A stretch of 64,000 nt of DNA from a virus (taxonomy: Duplodnaviria; Caudoviricetes). Both the position numbers and the translations under genes were made by a program. Below are positions 38,444-46,818 of the stretch, piece by piece (the stretch's first letter is position 1; each line of letters opens with the position of its first letter). The notes beneath the pieces are model-generated. The model searched no databases. It was not told where the DNA came from and saw only the letters and a list, made by a program, of their open reading frames with translations. The DNA lies in the IMG/VR virus record IMGVR_UViG_3300046461_000123, positions 706-64,705 of that record; one strand, given 5' to 3'.

Positions 38444-38869
38444 CTAGTTTGCAGCGGGTTTGCGAACGGTCACGGCGATCTCCGACACGGAGCTGAGTCC
38501 GGGCGGCGCCGCATTGGGATGCGCTTCAAGGTAGATCGCCATGTTGCTCTGCGCAACACGTCTCTCCAACAGGCTCACGTCGCCTGTCGAGATCACGAAC
38601 GCGCCGAAGGCATCCCAATCCTGCGCGTAGTATCGTGTCTTGGTGGTCAGCATGATCGTCCCCTCGGTGGTTTTCACCGAGTTGATACCGTCACCCAGCG
38701 CACGTACGCGATCCTTCATCGCATGGGCTACGGTGTCTTGCTGCAGCTTGATGTCCTCGACAGCGCTTTCGTAAGCGCGCGTCAGTTCCTGCACCTTGTC
38801 GCGCATGCGGATGTACATCTTCGCAAGGCGGTCCAAGGGAATCGTTTCGGCGGCTTGTGCTTCAGGCAT
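38444..38869 (-). CDS. Conserved phage replication-region protein
   Basis: 141 aa; YIRMRD...SVKTTEGT...DWDAF...LLERRVAQ...PPGL. Confidence 0.7.
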   Translation of the reverse strand: MPEAQAAETIPLDRLAKMYIRMRDKVQELTRAYESAVEDIKLQQDTVAHAMKDRVRALGDGINSVKTTEGTIMLTTKTRYYAQDWDAFGAFVISTGDVSLLERRVAQSNMAIYLEAHPNAAPPGLSSVSEIAVTVRKPAAN

Positions 38870-38892
38870 TTCAGGGTGTCCTTTCTACGTTG

Positions 38893-38929
38893 TGTATAAC
38901 ATTATACATTGCTAGGCGGAGTGAGTCAA
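38893..38929 (-). promoter_or_regulatory. sigma70-type promoter overlapped by a 16-bp palindromic operator
   Basis: Minus strand TTGACT (38929-38924), 17 bp, TATAAT (38906-38901); TGTATAA-CA-TTATACA at 38893-38908. Confidence 0.85.
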
Positions 38930-38944
38930 CAACGAGTGTGCTCT

Positions 38945-40504
38945 TCAGGCAGCCAGCACCTCATCGAACATGCCCGAGAGTAGTTCACTCTCCGATACAC
39001 GTCCGGCAAGGCGTTGAAAAGCCAACCGTTCAGCCGGGCTGTTCTGGATGTGCGTCACCGTCACCTTGTCCGCCGTCTGTCCCTTGCGATCAGCGCGAGC
39101 GATGCCCTGAATGTACTGCTCCACGCTGTTCACCGGGCCGTAGAAGATCACCGCATCGGCGCGCGTCAGCGTCAGCCCGTGTGCCGTGGCCTTCGGCTGC
39201 ATCACCAGTCCGTCCAGCTCGTCGGTGTGCTGGAAGCGATTGATGATGTCGCCGCGCTTGGACATGGGCACATGGCCGTCGATGGTTTCAACGCGGAAGC
39301 CGTGCTTGTTCAGGAACTCGTGCAGGCGCACGATCGACGCCGTGAAAGTGGTGAAGATGATGAACTTGTTGCTCGTCTCCTGCACAACTTCCAGCAGCAC
39401 GTTCAGGCGCGGCGCAGCGTCGAACTCGATGACATCGCCATCGTCAGTGCGGCAGGAACCGGCGCTGATCTGCAGCAGCTTGCCGACCATGACGCCCTTG
39501 TTGACGGCACTGATGCGCTCGCCCGCAGCCATTGCCAGCATCTGCTCCTTGATGAGCTTGTAGTACTTGTGCTGCTGCGCTGTCATGGGCACGTCGCGCG
39601 TCTGCACGACAACAGGCGGCAGGTCCAGGCACTGCGCTTTCGAGAAACGGATCGCAGGCTGCAGCGCAGCGAACACGATGGTTTTCGCATCGGGTCGCGG
39701 CACCCACTTGAACGTGCTGACCTTGAGCATCACCTTGTCGCGCCACGCGCTCTTGTAGAGCGGCACGCTGGCAGGGTTCACCAGCTTGGCCAGCCCGTAG
39801 GCGTGCTCGGGAGATTGCGCGGCCGGCGTGCCCGTCATCAACCACAGCAGCGTGTTGGGCGTGAGCAGCGAGTTCAACGCCTTCCACCGCCGTGTCGATG
39901 AGTTGCCGTAGTTCGTCGCTTCGTCAACGATGATCAGGTCGAAGCGCTTGTCGCTGCGCACGGCGTGGCCGATGATCTCCAAGCCGTCGTAGTTCACGAT
40001 GACGAACTCGTAATCCTGCTTCACCGCTTCGACACGGCGCTTGGGATCGGAGTGATGCGCCACCACTGCGCTACGGTGGATGACGCTCTGGTTGATGTCC
40101 GCTATCCACGCGGCTTCCATGATCGACTTGGGGCACACGACGAGCACGCGCCGCACGCGCCCGATCGACATCAGGTAGTCGGCAGCCCACAGTGCGCTGA
40201 GCGTCTTGCCCGTACCGGCATCGTTGAGGATGAAGCAGCGTCGGTTGATCGTGCTGAAGTCCGCCGTCTCGCGCTGGTGCGCCATTGGCTTGTAGCGCCC
40301 TGGCCAGCTGTACTTCTTGCGGATCGGCGAGGGCGCGTTGGTGATGCCGAGATTGCGCAGGACGCGCACCTCGTCCAGACCCCACTTGACGTACACGTTG
40401 AAGCCGCCGCCAGGGATGGGCGTGATGTGCTTGTGAGGCAGGACGGCGAACTTGTCGGCGTTGCGCACCCGCAGGTGCAGCGCCTTGTTGTCTACGATTT
40501 CCAT
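38945..40504 (-). CDS. SNF2-like superfamily 2 helicase
   Basis: DAGTGKT, IIVDEA, MTGTP, HGLTLT, QGIARADRKGQ. Confidence 0.92.
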   Translation of the reverse strand: MEIVDNKALHLRVRNADKFAVLPHKHITPIPGGGFNVYVKWGLDEVRVLRNLGITNAPSPIRKKYSWPGRYKPMAHQRETADFSTINRRCFILNDAGTGKTLSALWAADYLMSIGRVRRVLVVCPKSIMEAAWIADINQSVIHRSAVVAHHSDPKRRVEAVKQDYEFVIVNYDGLEIIGHAVRSDKRFDLIIVDEATNYGNSSTRRWKALNSLLTPNTLLWLMTGTPAAQSPEHAYGLAKLVNPASVPLYKSAWRDKVMLKVSTFKWVPRPDAKTIVFAALQPAIRFSKAQCLDLPPVVVQTRDVPMTAQQHKYYKLIKEQMLAMAAGERISAVNKGVMVGKLLQISAGSCRTDDGDVIEFDAAPRLNVLLEVVQETSNKFIIFTTFTASIVRLHEFLNKHGFRVETIDGHVPMSKRGDIINRFQHTDELDGLVMQPKATAHGLTLTRADAVIFYGPVNSVEQYIQGIARADRKGQTADKVTVTHIQNSPAERLAFQRLAGRVSESELLSGMFDEVLAA

Positions 40505-40505
40505 G

Positions 40506-40949
40506 TCAGGAATCCCGTGTTGTTATGTCGAATGCGTTGATGCGCTCACCCAGGACGCGGCTGTAGTCCATCATGATCGCTGCCTGTTCGCGCAAGCGGT
40601 CTTGCTCGGCTGCATAGACGCCGTTGAAACCGGGGGATGCGATGAACGTGAGCAGCTTCAGTCGTCGCGTGTCCACCTCAACCAGCTCAGCTACAACGCG
40701 TTGCTGGTACGGTTGCAGGTGGACCACATCGCCGATGTCGATGTAGGCTGCCTCGAACACATCCTTGGGCGACCACGAGATGTAGCCGCTGTGGCGCGCG
40801 TCGTTCGGCGCACCACCATCGGTGTACTCCACAAGGTAGCCGGCGTCGTTGGTTTCCGCGGCGATCGTAGGCCAGCCCCGGTATTCGTTGTACGCAGCAC
40901 GGCTCAATGGCTTCGCTTTGACGAGCTTGGTTCCGGTGTAGGTTTTCAT
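40506..40949 (-). CDS. Two-domain phage protein (GYISWSPKDVFEAAY domain + crAss001_48-like helical domain)
   Basis: MKTYTGTKLVKAKP...WSPKDVFEAAY then YQQRVVAE...YSRVLGERI. Confidence 0.7.
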   Translation of the reverse strand: MKTYTGTKLVKAKPLSRAAYNEYRGWPTIAAETNDAGYLVEYTDGGAPNDARHSGYISWSPKDVFEAAYIDIGDVVHLQPYQQRVVAELVEVDTRRLKLLTFIASPGFNGVYAAEQDRLREQAAIMMDYSRVLGERINAFDITTRDS

Positions 40950-41269
40950 TGCTGTTTCTCAAGTGGTGGGGTTGCCGCATCACCAAACGCGACTACCATC
41001 AGGTTATGACCCTGCTGCTGCTGCTGCAGCTGCTGCTGCTGCTGCTGCTGGGCCACCTTGTAGGCGACGAAAGTCCACTTCAGCTCCAGCATGATGTGCT
41101 CGTACGGAGCGTACGCGTAGGTCTTGCAGCAGTACGGGTAGTTGGTGAGCTTCACGCTGAGCTCGTCTCGCAGCGCAACCATATCGACACCGCCGAGTGT
41201 CTTTTGCCACGCACGATAGTCTGCCAACATCTGCGGGAAGAACGCATCGGTTTCTGAGTAGTGGTTCAT
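40946..41269 (-). CDS. Hypothetical protein with poly-Gln tract
   Basis: 107 aa, QQQQQQQLQQQQQ; GAGGAG RBS. Confidence 0.55.
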   Translation of the reverse strand: MNHYSETDAFFPQMLADYRAWQKTLGGVDMVALRDELSVKLTNYPYCCKTYAYAPYEHIMLELKWTFVAYKVAQQQQQQQLQQQQQGHNLMVVAFGDAATPPLEKQQ

Positions 41270-41278
41270 CGCTGCTCC

Positions 41279-41569
41279 TCAGAACGTCGTGGGTTGCGCG
41301 ATGCCGCGGATCACGGCCATGAATCCTTGCTGCAGTTGCGTGGCGCCGATGCTGACCCAGCGCTGGTCGAGCGGATGCGGGAAGTTACCGGTGTCTGGCC
41401 TGTTGGCGTCGGGGTGCATCCGCAGCTTCTCGATGTACGCGCCGCAGGCTTCGGCCAGCGCCTTGCCCTCGTTCATCAGTGCAACTTCTGCCTCACTGAG
41501 CTGGCGATAGCCGGTGATCTTGGGCTGCAGGAAGTGTGTCTCCTGCGTGTCGTTCTGACTGTTAGTCAT
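41279..41569 (-). CDS. acb2: Anti-CBASS cyclic-oligonucleotide sponge Acb2
   Basis: KITGYRQLSEAEVALMNEGK...RWVSIGATQLQQGFMAVIRGIAQPTTF closely follows the Acb2 pattern. Confidence 0.9.
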   Translation of the reverse strand: MTNSQNDTQETHFLQPKITGYRQLSEAEVALMNEGKALAEACGAYIEKLRMHPDANRPDTGNFPHPLDQRWVSIGATQLQQGFMAVIRGIAQPTTF

Positions 41570-41678
41570 TGCTGTTCCTTTGTGTAGGTCACGGTGTTAC
41601 GATTTCCGATGGGGCTTCTGGGCCTCACTCGGGCGCTGCGTACCGTTCTAACGCAGTATCAAATCAGGAGTCTCTTTC

Positions 41679-42245
41679 ATGACACCTTTCAAGGCTTGGA
41701 TCATTCCCGTGGAGGATGGGGCAACCCCACCGCCACCACTCGGCATCTGGGGTCCTGGCGATCCGCGCCCTACGAACCCAATCGCTGGCTGGAATCCCGG
41801 TACGGGCACATTCCCGCAACCGCAGCCGCCACTCGGCTTCTGGGGTCCGAATGACCCCCGTCCGTCGAACCCCATCGCTGAACCCCCGTGGGGCTGGGGT
41901 CGCCCCGAGCCCCGTCCTCCGCATATCTGGGGTCCGAATGACCCGCGTCCATCGAACCCCATCGCGGAACCCCCGTGGGGCTGGGGCCGTCCGAATCCGC
42001 CTCCGGGTTGGGTTCCGCCCGGAGTGCCGGTAGAGCCTGCGCATCCAATTGTGCTGCCGCCAATGCCGCCGGGTGCTCCTGCGGGTACTGGGGTAGTTAT
42101 TCCGCTGCCGCCCTCAACGCCGCCGGTAGAACCGCCGGCTGGTGTGCCCGCCGGCTCGAGCCGCGCAGTTGTGTGGTTCGGTCCGGGCACGCTGCCGACC
42201 GTTGCGTGGATTCCGCCCTACGCGGCGACAAACCCGACGCCATAA
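41679..42245 (+). CDS. Pro/Gly/Trp-rich repeat protein
   Basis: 188 aa, AGGAG RBS; WGPxDPRPxNPIA three times; only convincing + strand gene in the - arm. Confidence 0.7.
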   Translation: MTPFKAWIIPVEDGATPPPPLGIWGPGDPRPTNPIAGWNPGTGTFPQPQPPLGFWGPNDPRPSNPIAEPPWGWGRPEPRPPHIWGPNDPRPSNPIAEPPWGWGRPNPPPGWVPPGVPVEPAHPIVLPPMPPGAPAGTGVVIPLPPSTPPVEPPAGVPAGSSRAVVWFGPGTLPTVAWIPPYAATNPTP

Positions 42246-42256
42246 GCAAAATGGCA

Positions 42257-42290
42257 AGGCCGGCAGCGCCAGTGATGACGCTGCCGGCCT
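42257..42290. terminator. Hairpin between convergent genes (likely bidirectional terminator)
   Basis: aggccggcagcg-N10-cgctgccggcct, perfect 12-bp stem. Confidence 0.7.
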
Positions 42291-42299
42291 AATGACACC

Positions 42300-43115
42300 T
42301 CAAACGCGCTTGTAGCGCAGCGCGCCCAGCGCAACCAGCGCAAGACCTACCAGTGCCAGCGATCCGGGCTCGGGCACATTGGTCGTGCCGGGGCCGTTGC
42401 CGGCCAGATACGCCCACTCCTCGTAACCGTCAGCGGTGGTCGCCGACCCGCCGGCCCCGCCATAGGTCACGCCGAAGATGATCCGGCTGTCGAGCGCCAC
42501 GTTGGCGAAGTCCATGACCGGGATCAGCATGGACAAGTCATAGCCCAGGCCGCTGCCATTGAACAGCGTACCGTCCATCACGATGTCGTTGCCCGGACCC
42601 ATCGCATAGATCAGCGATGAGAACAGGTTGTCGATGTCGCTGAACTGCGTGACGTTGGCGTTGGTGAGCAGCTGCAGCGCGGCCGACTTGGCATCCCAGA
42701 TGCGGATGGTGTCGATCGAGATCTGCTTGTCCTGCGCGCTGCTCGGCTCGTTGGTGTCGAGGAAGAACTGGTAGTACTGCACGCCACCAATGGTCCGGAC
42801 GCCTAGCTGGTTCTGGGTGAACGTCGTGGTGAACGTGTTGACGTTATCGCGCTTGTCCTGCAGCGGCAACGTGTTCACGATCGGCGAGTCGGTCGTCACT
42901 CCGCCCTCGGTCCCGTTCTGCTGCGAAGTCAGGAAGGGGTTGATCGTCCCCGATCCGATGTTCGACAGGTTCGTCGGGTTCGAGTAGATCACCGTGCCCC
43001 CGCTGGTGTCGGTCGCGAACGAGCAGGTGCCATCCTTCGCGAACAGCGTGCAGACACCTGCCTGTGCAACGCCCATGACAGCCAACAAGGCTGCCGCCAA
43101 TAGCGATTTCTTCAT
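42300..43115 (-). CDS. PEP-CTERM sorting-domain surface protein
   Basis: Signal peptide MKKSLLAAALLAVMGVAQA; C-terminal VPEPGSLALVGLALVALGALRYKRV. Confidence 0.93.
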   Translation of the reverse strand: MKKSLLAAALLAVMGVAQAGVCTLFAKDGTCSFATDTSGGTVIYSNPTNLSNIGSGTINPFLTSQQNGTEGGVTTDSPIVNTLPLQDKRDNVNTFTTTFTQNQLGVRTIGGVQYYQFFLDTNEPSSAQDKQISIDTIRIWDAKSAALQLLTNANVTQFSDIDNLFSSLIYAMGPGNDIVMDGTLFNGSGLGYDLSMLIPVMDFANVALDSRIIFGVTYGGAGGSATTADGYEEWAYLAGNGPGTTNVPEPGSLALVGLALVALGALRYKRV

Positions 43116-43142
43116 TTGTTTCTCCTGAGAAGTTGAGAAGTA

Positions 43143-43757
43143 CTACGCCGATGCGTTCTGCTTCAGCTTGTACGCCCCGAGTACCAGCAGACCGATGCTC
43201 ATGAACGCCAATGAGCTTGGTTCGGGAATCGGCGACACGGGGGATACCTGCAGGTTGCCCACATACGATGCCGGCTGACCTGCTACCAAGTCAGAGATCG
43301 TGCCAGTCACATCGAAGGCGTATGTACCAGCGCCCAATGCGATGCCCTCGCTCACCACAGCAAAGCCCGGCGCCGTGGTTCCATCAGTAATCAAGGAACC
43401 AAGCGTCACTCCTGCACAAGCTCCCCCCGCAGAGCCTGAATTCGGATTGCACGTCGAACTCACGACGTTGTATACCTTCACGTCGAAGTTGCTGATGTTC
43501 TCCGTTGGCAGGAAGATCATATCGAGAGACGCCAACCCGAGCGTGTTGGTGCTGAACACCCACAGGTTGTTGAAGTTACCGTTCTGCCCCGCCGAGGCGC
43601 TGCTGAACGTGCTGTTGTCGAAAGTCGCCGGGGCGTGTACCCCGAGGTTGGTTGCAACCGCTGCGCTAATGTAATTGCAGCTATCGCAAACAACCACCGC
43701 TTGTGCCTGGGCCATGACACCAAGCAAGGCAGCTACCGCTAGCAGAGATTTCTTCAT
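43143..43757 (-). CDS. PEP-CTERM sorting-domain surface protein
   Basis: Signal peptide MKKSLLAVAALLGVMAQAQA; C-terminal IPEPSSLAFMSIGLLVLGAYKLK. Confidence 0.92.
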   Translation of the reverse strand: MKKSLLAVAALLGVMAQAQAVVVCDSCNYISAAVATNLGVHAPATFDNSTFSSASAGQNGNFNNLWVFSTNTLGLASLDMIFLPTENISNFDVKVYNVVSSTCNPNSGSAGGACAGVTLGSLITDGTTAPGFAVVSEGIALGAGTYAFDVTGTISDLVAGQPASYVGNLQVSPVSPIPEPSSLAFMSIGLLVLGAYKLKQNASA

Positions 43758-43805
43758 TCATACACTCCAGGGAAAATACGGGGAAAGCCCCCGCTGGCTT
43801 GATAA

Positions 43806-43879
43806 AGCAATGTGCACGCCACTTATAGAAATCAATGAGTTAGCGCAACGCGGACTGCGCTGCGTAAAGAAAGCCGACA
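43806..43879 (-). promoter_or_regulatory. sigma54 promoter + IHF site + putative PrsR-type enhancer
   Basis: Minus strand TGGCGTGCACATTGCT (GG-N10-GC) 43821-43806; AATCAATGAGTTA 43830-43842; CGT-N11-ACA 43863-43879. Confidence 0.8.
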
Positions 43880-43880
43880 G

Positions 43881-44150
43881 CTACTTATCGGGAACCGTGT
43901 AGCCCTTCATGCCCTTGCGCCACGCGCGGTTCCTGCCGGGCGCTTGCACCGACGTGTTGCCGGGAGTGTTGCCACCGCCATTGTCCAGCGCGGTCTTGTG
44001 TGCAACGTCTTTGCCGTCGCCGATGGGCGAGGCGCCGGACTTGATCGCAGCGCGCTGCGCAGCCTTGCGCTTCGTCTGCACGGCCACCTGCTTGGGTGTG
44101 TTGTTGTATACCTTCTGGTAAGCGAGCTTGGCAGGCGTTGACTTGGGCAT
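43881..44150 (-). CDS. Small HNH-like protein, possibly degenerate
   Basis: GDGKDVAHKTALDNGGGN...N...NRA; GGAG RBS. Confidence 0.65.
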   Translation of the reverse strand: MPKSTPAKLAYQKVYNNTPKQVAVQTKRKAAQRAAIKSGASPIGDGKDVAHKTALDNGGGNTPGNTSVQAPGRNRAWRKGMKGYTVPDK

Positions 44151-44161
44151 GGGTGTCTCCT

Positions 44162-44425
44162 TCAGTCTATCTTCGCAGGTGCTGTGATGCTCGACGCAGT
44201 TTCTTTGCGCAACGCGCCGCGCGACGTGGGGGGCAGCGGATCGATGCTGTAGCCACCCTCGGTGCCGACGAACTCTCGCGCGGCCACAAGCTCCTGGGTG
44301 CACGCAATGCAGCGGTAGCGATTCGAGATGGATAGGTAGTCCCACCCGCTCGCCTCGATGTCGTCAGCCAGCCACTTGCGCCCGCAGCCCACAGCGCAAC
44401 CGATGGTGGGTTGGGCATCAGCCAT
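44162..44425 (-). CDS. Hypothetical Cys-containing protein
   Basis: 87 aa, CAVGC...CIAC. Confidence 0.5.
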   Translation of the reverse strand: MADAQPTIGCAVGCGRKWLADDIEASGWDYLSISNRYRCIACTQELVAAREFVGTEGGYSIDPLPPTSRGALRKETASSITAPAKID

Positions 44426-45084
44426 CACCGCACTCCATGAAATTCGCAGGTGCTCACTGGGCAGTACTTCTTGCACAGGCCCGACTGTTTCGGTGGCCAC
44501 TGGCCGCTTGCGTAGGCTGCGTCGATGCCAGCCACGCGCTCGCGCCAGCGCCACCACAAGGGCTCGATCTGCGCCCGCGTGACGCGGTGCTTCGCCACCG
44601 TCCCTTTGAGGACGAAGAGTAGTCCGCCAGTGACGCTCTGGATAGTGGGGAAGTGCTGGAAGAGCATCAGCGCCATGAGCATCAACTGGTCCGTGTCCGG
44701 GTAGCGATCGTTGCCCGACTTGTAGTCGAAGCAGCGCGCCGTGGTCATGTCCGGCGCGACCACCACCAAGTCGGCGATGCCGCGCACCCAGTACTTCGGA
44801 TCCTTGAAGTCGCAGGGCTCTAAGTTCTCGCGCAAGCCCATCTCCAGCTCGCAGTATTTGGTGCCCTCCATGTTCTTGATTGCTTCCATCACAGGTGTCA
44901 GGAACGCGAAGTCCGGGTCGAGCGGCTTGCCCTCCTTGATGAACTGCTCGGCTTGCTTGTGCAGGTTCGTTCCGTACAACGTCTGCACAGTGTCTTGCCG
45001 TGTGTAATTCTTCAGTACCTTGATCTCGTGGAAGCGGCGCTTGCACGTCTCGAAGTCCTTGACACCTGAGTACGACCACTTCAT
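44425..45084 (-). CDS. PD-(D/E)xK exonuclease (Cas4/RecB-like)
   Basis: WSYS...C, GTNLH, RGIADL, DYKSG, QLMLMA, C-terminal CKKYCPVSTC. Confidence 0.88.
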   Translation of the reverse strand: MKWSYSGVKDFETCKRRFHEIKVLKNYTRQDTVQTLYGTNLHKQAEQFIKEGKPLDPDFAFLTPVMEAIKNMEGTKYCELEMGLRENLEPCDFKDPKYWVRGIADLVVVAPDMTTARCFDYKSGNDRYPDTDQLMLMALMLFQHFPTIQSVTGGLLFVLKGTVAKHRVTRAQIEPLWWRWRERVAGIDAAYASGQWPPKQSGLCKKYCPVSTCEFHGVR

Positions 45085-45296
45085 TGCTTCTCTCCCAGTG
45101 CCGCAAAGCACGTAGCAGCCCTCAGTCGATTGGCTCGCGCCTGGGCATCGCCATCGGGCGTGCCCTTGGCGGCGTGCAGCTCGGCGTAATACTCGAAGGT
45201 CGCGATGGCCATGCGCAGTGCTGCTTGCGCTATGCCGAGCTGTACGTGTGCCTCGCATTGGCCGCAACCAGGGCAGCGGCAGTGTGCCTCGATCAT
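45081..45296 (-). CDS. Hypothetical protein
   Basis: 71 aa, HCRCPGCGQC; coupled to neighbours. Confidence 0.45.
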   Translation of the reverse strand: MIEAHCRCPGCGQCEAHVQLGIAQAALRMAIATFEYYAELHAAKGTPDGDAQARANRLRAATCFAALGEKQ

Positions 45297-45730
45297 GGCA
45301 TCCTCCGTAGCTGCAGCGTGTCTATCCCGTTACCGCAGTCGGACTGGAAGTGGCACGCCACTTCGATTGCCTTGTACGCGTCCCGGCCCAAGTACATCGC
45401 TGCTTCGGCGAAGTCGCGGCCCGCGCCCCACGCGCAACATCTGGCTTCGATCCACATCGGGTACGGACCGCGGCAGTAGTGACGGATGCCATCGGCGCCG
45501 ATCACGATGAACGTGGCCTTGTCCTCCAGCGCAATCTTCGGGAACTTCTCTGGCTCGGCGCCGGCCTTGAACCACTCACGCACCTCAGCGCCGATGTCCC
45601 AATCACCGCTGATGCCGAGGAGCATGTCCTTGTAAGGCCAGATTTTTGTGCAGGTGCGGGAGATGCCCCCGCCACTCACTGCGCGTTTGTCAGCGGCCAG
45701 CGTGGTGCCGTCCCAGGCGATGACAGTCAT
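45293..45730 (-). CDS. Ntn-hydrolase/HslV-proteasome-like peptidase
   Basis: N-terminal Thr (MTVIA), LAADKR, WGAGRDFAEAAM. Confidence 0.75.
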   Translation of the reverse strand: MTVIAWDGTTLAADKRAVSGGGISRTCTKIWPYKDMLLGISGDWDIGAEVREWFKAGAEPEKFPKIALEDKATFIVIGADGIRHYCRGPYPMWIEARCCAWGAGRDFAEAAMYLGRDAYKAIEVACHFQSDCGNGIDTLQLRRMP

Positions 45731-46092
45731 GATTGCACCTCCAGTCGATCAGGGAATCCGACGCGCTCTGATACCTCGTTGAACTTCGTCACCGCCGCTC
45801 GCCCAAGGTCCACCCCAAGCACTTCAGCGAGAAGATCTAGGTACGTGAGCACGTCAGCTAGTTCGTCGGCAATCTGTTTCTGCGTCGGCGAAAACTTGTT
45901 CCCCGGCAGACCGTCGCGCTCTCGGTTGCGCATCTTGAGCAGCGATGCGAGTTCGCCGAGTTCTCCCGTCACGGCCACAAGCCAATCAGACGGAGACCAT
46001 GAATCGATCCCTGCCGGGTGCCACTTCACGCAGCGCGCCACATTGGCCGCTCTGAACGCATCGAACGTAAGCGCCGTTTTGGTGATCCTCAT
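45727..46092 (-). CDS. MazG-like nucleotide pyrophosphohydrolase
   Basis: GELGEL...ELADVLTYLDLLA...KFN. Confidence 0.85.
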   Translation of the reverse strand: MRITKTALTFDAFRAANVARCVKWHPAGIDSWSPSDWLVAVTGELGELASLLKMRNRERDGLPGNKFSPTQKQIADELADVLTYLDLLAEVLGVDLGRAAVTKFNEVSERVGFPDRLEVQS

Positions 46093-46415
46093 CCTTCGTT
46101 CCCCTCGAAACGCGCCGTGCGAACCAGCTCCTCCAGCAGCAGGCCGAACTGGGTGACGAAGCGTTCGTCGCGCGCCAGCTTGTGCTGCATCGTCATCAGT
46201 ACGGCATGGGTGGACTCATGCCAGAACGTCTTCTGCTGCTCGTGCGGCGTGCGCAGCCGGTTGCGCGCCGCGTCGTAGATGACGATGCGCTTGCTCGTCG
46301 GGTACGCGTGCCCGCCAAAGATCGGCGGCTTGCCTTTCGGTTCCCGCAGCACGTCCCACTTGCGGCGTCGCAAGCGGAACGATGAGGGGATCGGGTGGGT
46401 TTTCAGCTCTTTCAT
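46089..46415 (-). CDS. Small HExxH metallopeptidase-like protein
   Basis: TFWHESTHAVL...DERFV. Confidence 0.7.
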   Translation of the reverse strand: MKELKTHPIPSSFRLRRRKWDVLREPKGKPPIFGGHAYPTSKRIVIYDAARNRLRTPHEQQKTFWHESTHAVLMTMQHKLARDERFVTQFGLLLEELVRTARFEGNEG

Positions 46416-46425
46416 TTCTACTCCT

Positions 46426-46560
46426 TTAGTGCTGCGTGTCGTCGAGGGTCACTTCCTCATCGTCCTGCTTGTGCAAGACATACCACGCACCGACGACGAT
46501 GCCGCAGTTGAAGACGCCCACGCACAGGGCGATGATGAGGAAGATGTCGCCGATGGTCAT
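46426..46560 (-). CDS. Small membrane protein
   Basis: 44 aa MTIGDIFLIIALCVGVFNCGIVVGAWYVL; GGAG RBS. Confidence 0.45.
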   Translation of the reverse strand: MTIGDIFLIIALCVGVFNCGIVVGAWYVLHKQDDEEVTLDDTQH

Positions 46561-46581
46561 TTGTTTAACTCCGCGTCAGGG

Positions 46582-46818
46582 TCAGTTGTCATCGGATTTG
46601 TCCCGGTAGCCCAGGGCGAGGAGCAGGTTATCGCCCTCGAAGCCTTCGATGAGGTACGTGCCCACCATGCCATCCAGATCGGCCTGGGTGATCACGGCAT
46701 GCTCGACGCCCAGGCGGCGCAGCAGGATGCTGATGATGCAGCGACACATCAGGGCCTCGCCGGGCCTGAACACCCTAAAGCCGGGGTGAGCCCGGTCAAC
46801 CGGCAGCTTGATCTTCAT
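46582..46818 (-). CDS. Hypothetical protein
   Basis: 78 aa, coupled to polymerase stop. Confidence 0.5.
   Translation of the reverse strand: MKIKLPVDRAHPGFRVFRPGEALMCRCIISILLRRLGVEHAVITQADLDGMVGTYLIEGFEGDNLLLALGYRDKSDDN

Noticed and set aside
42300-43879. PEP-CTERM block as flanking host chromosome (prophage boundary)
   Set aside because: Phage genes continue on both sides and no att site or integrase is seen, so it is treated as a phage-borne accessory module
44425-45084. Cas4-like nuclease as evidence of a CRISPR system
   Set aside because: No cas1/cas2 or array; stand-alone Cas4-like exonucleases are common in phage replication modules
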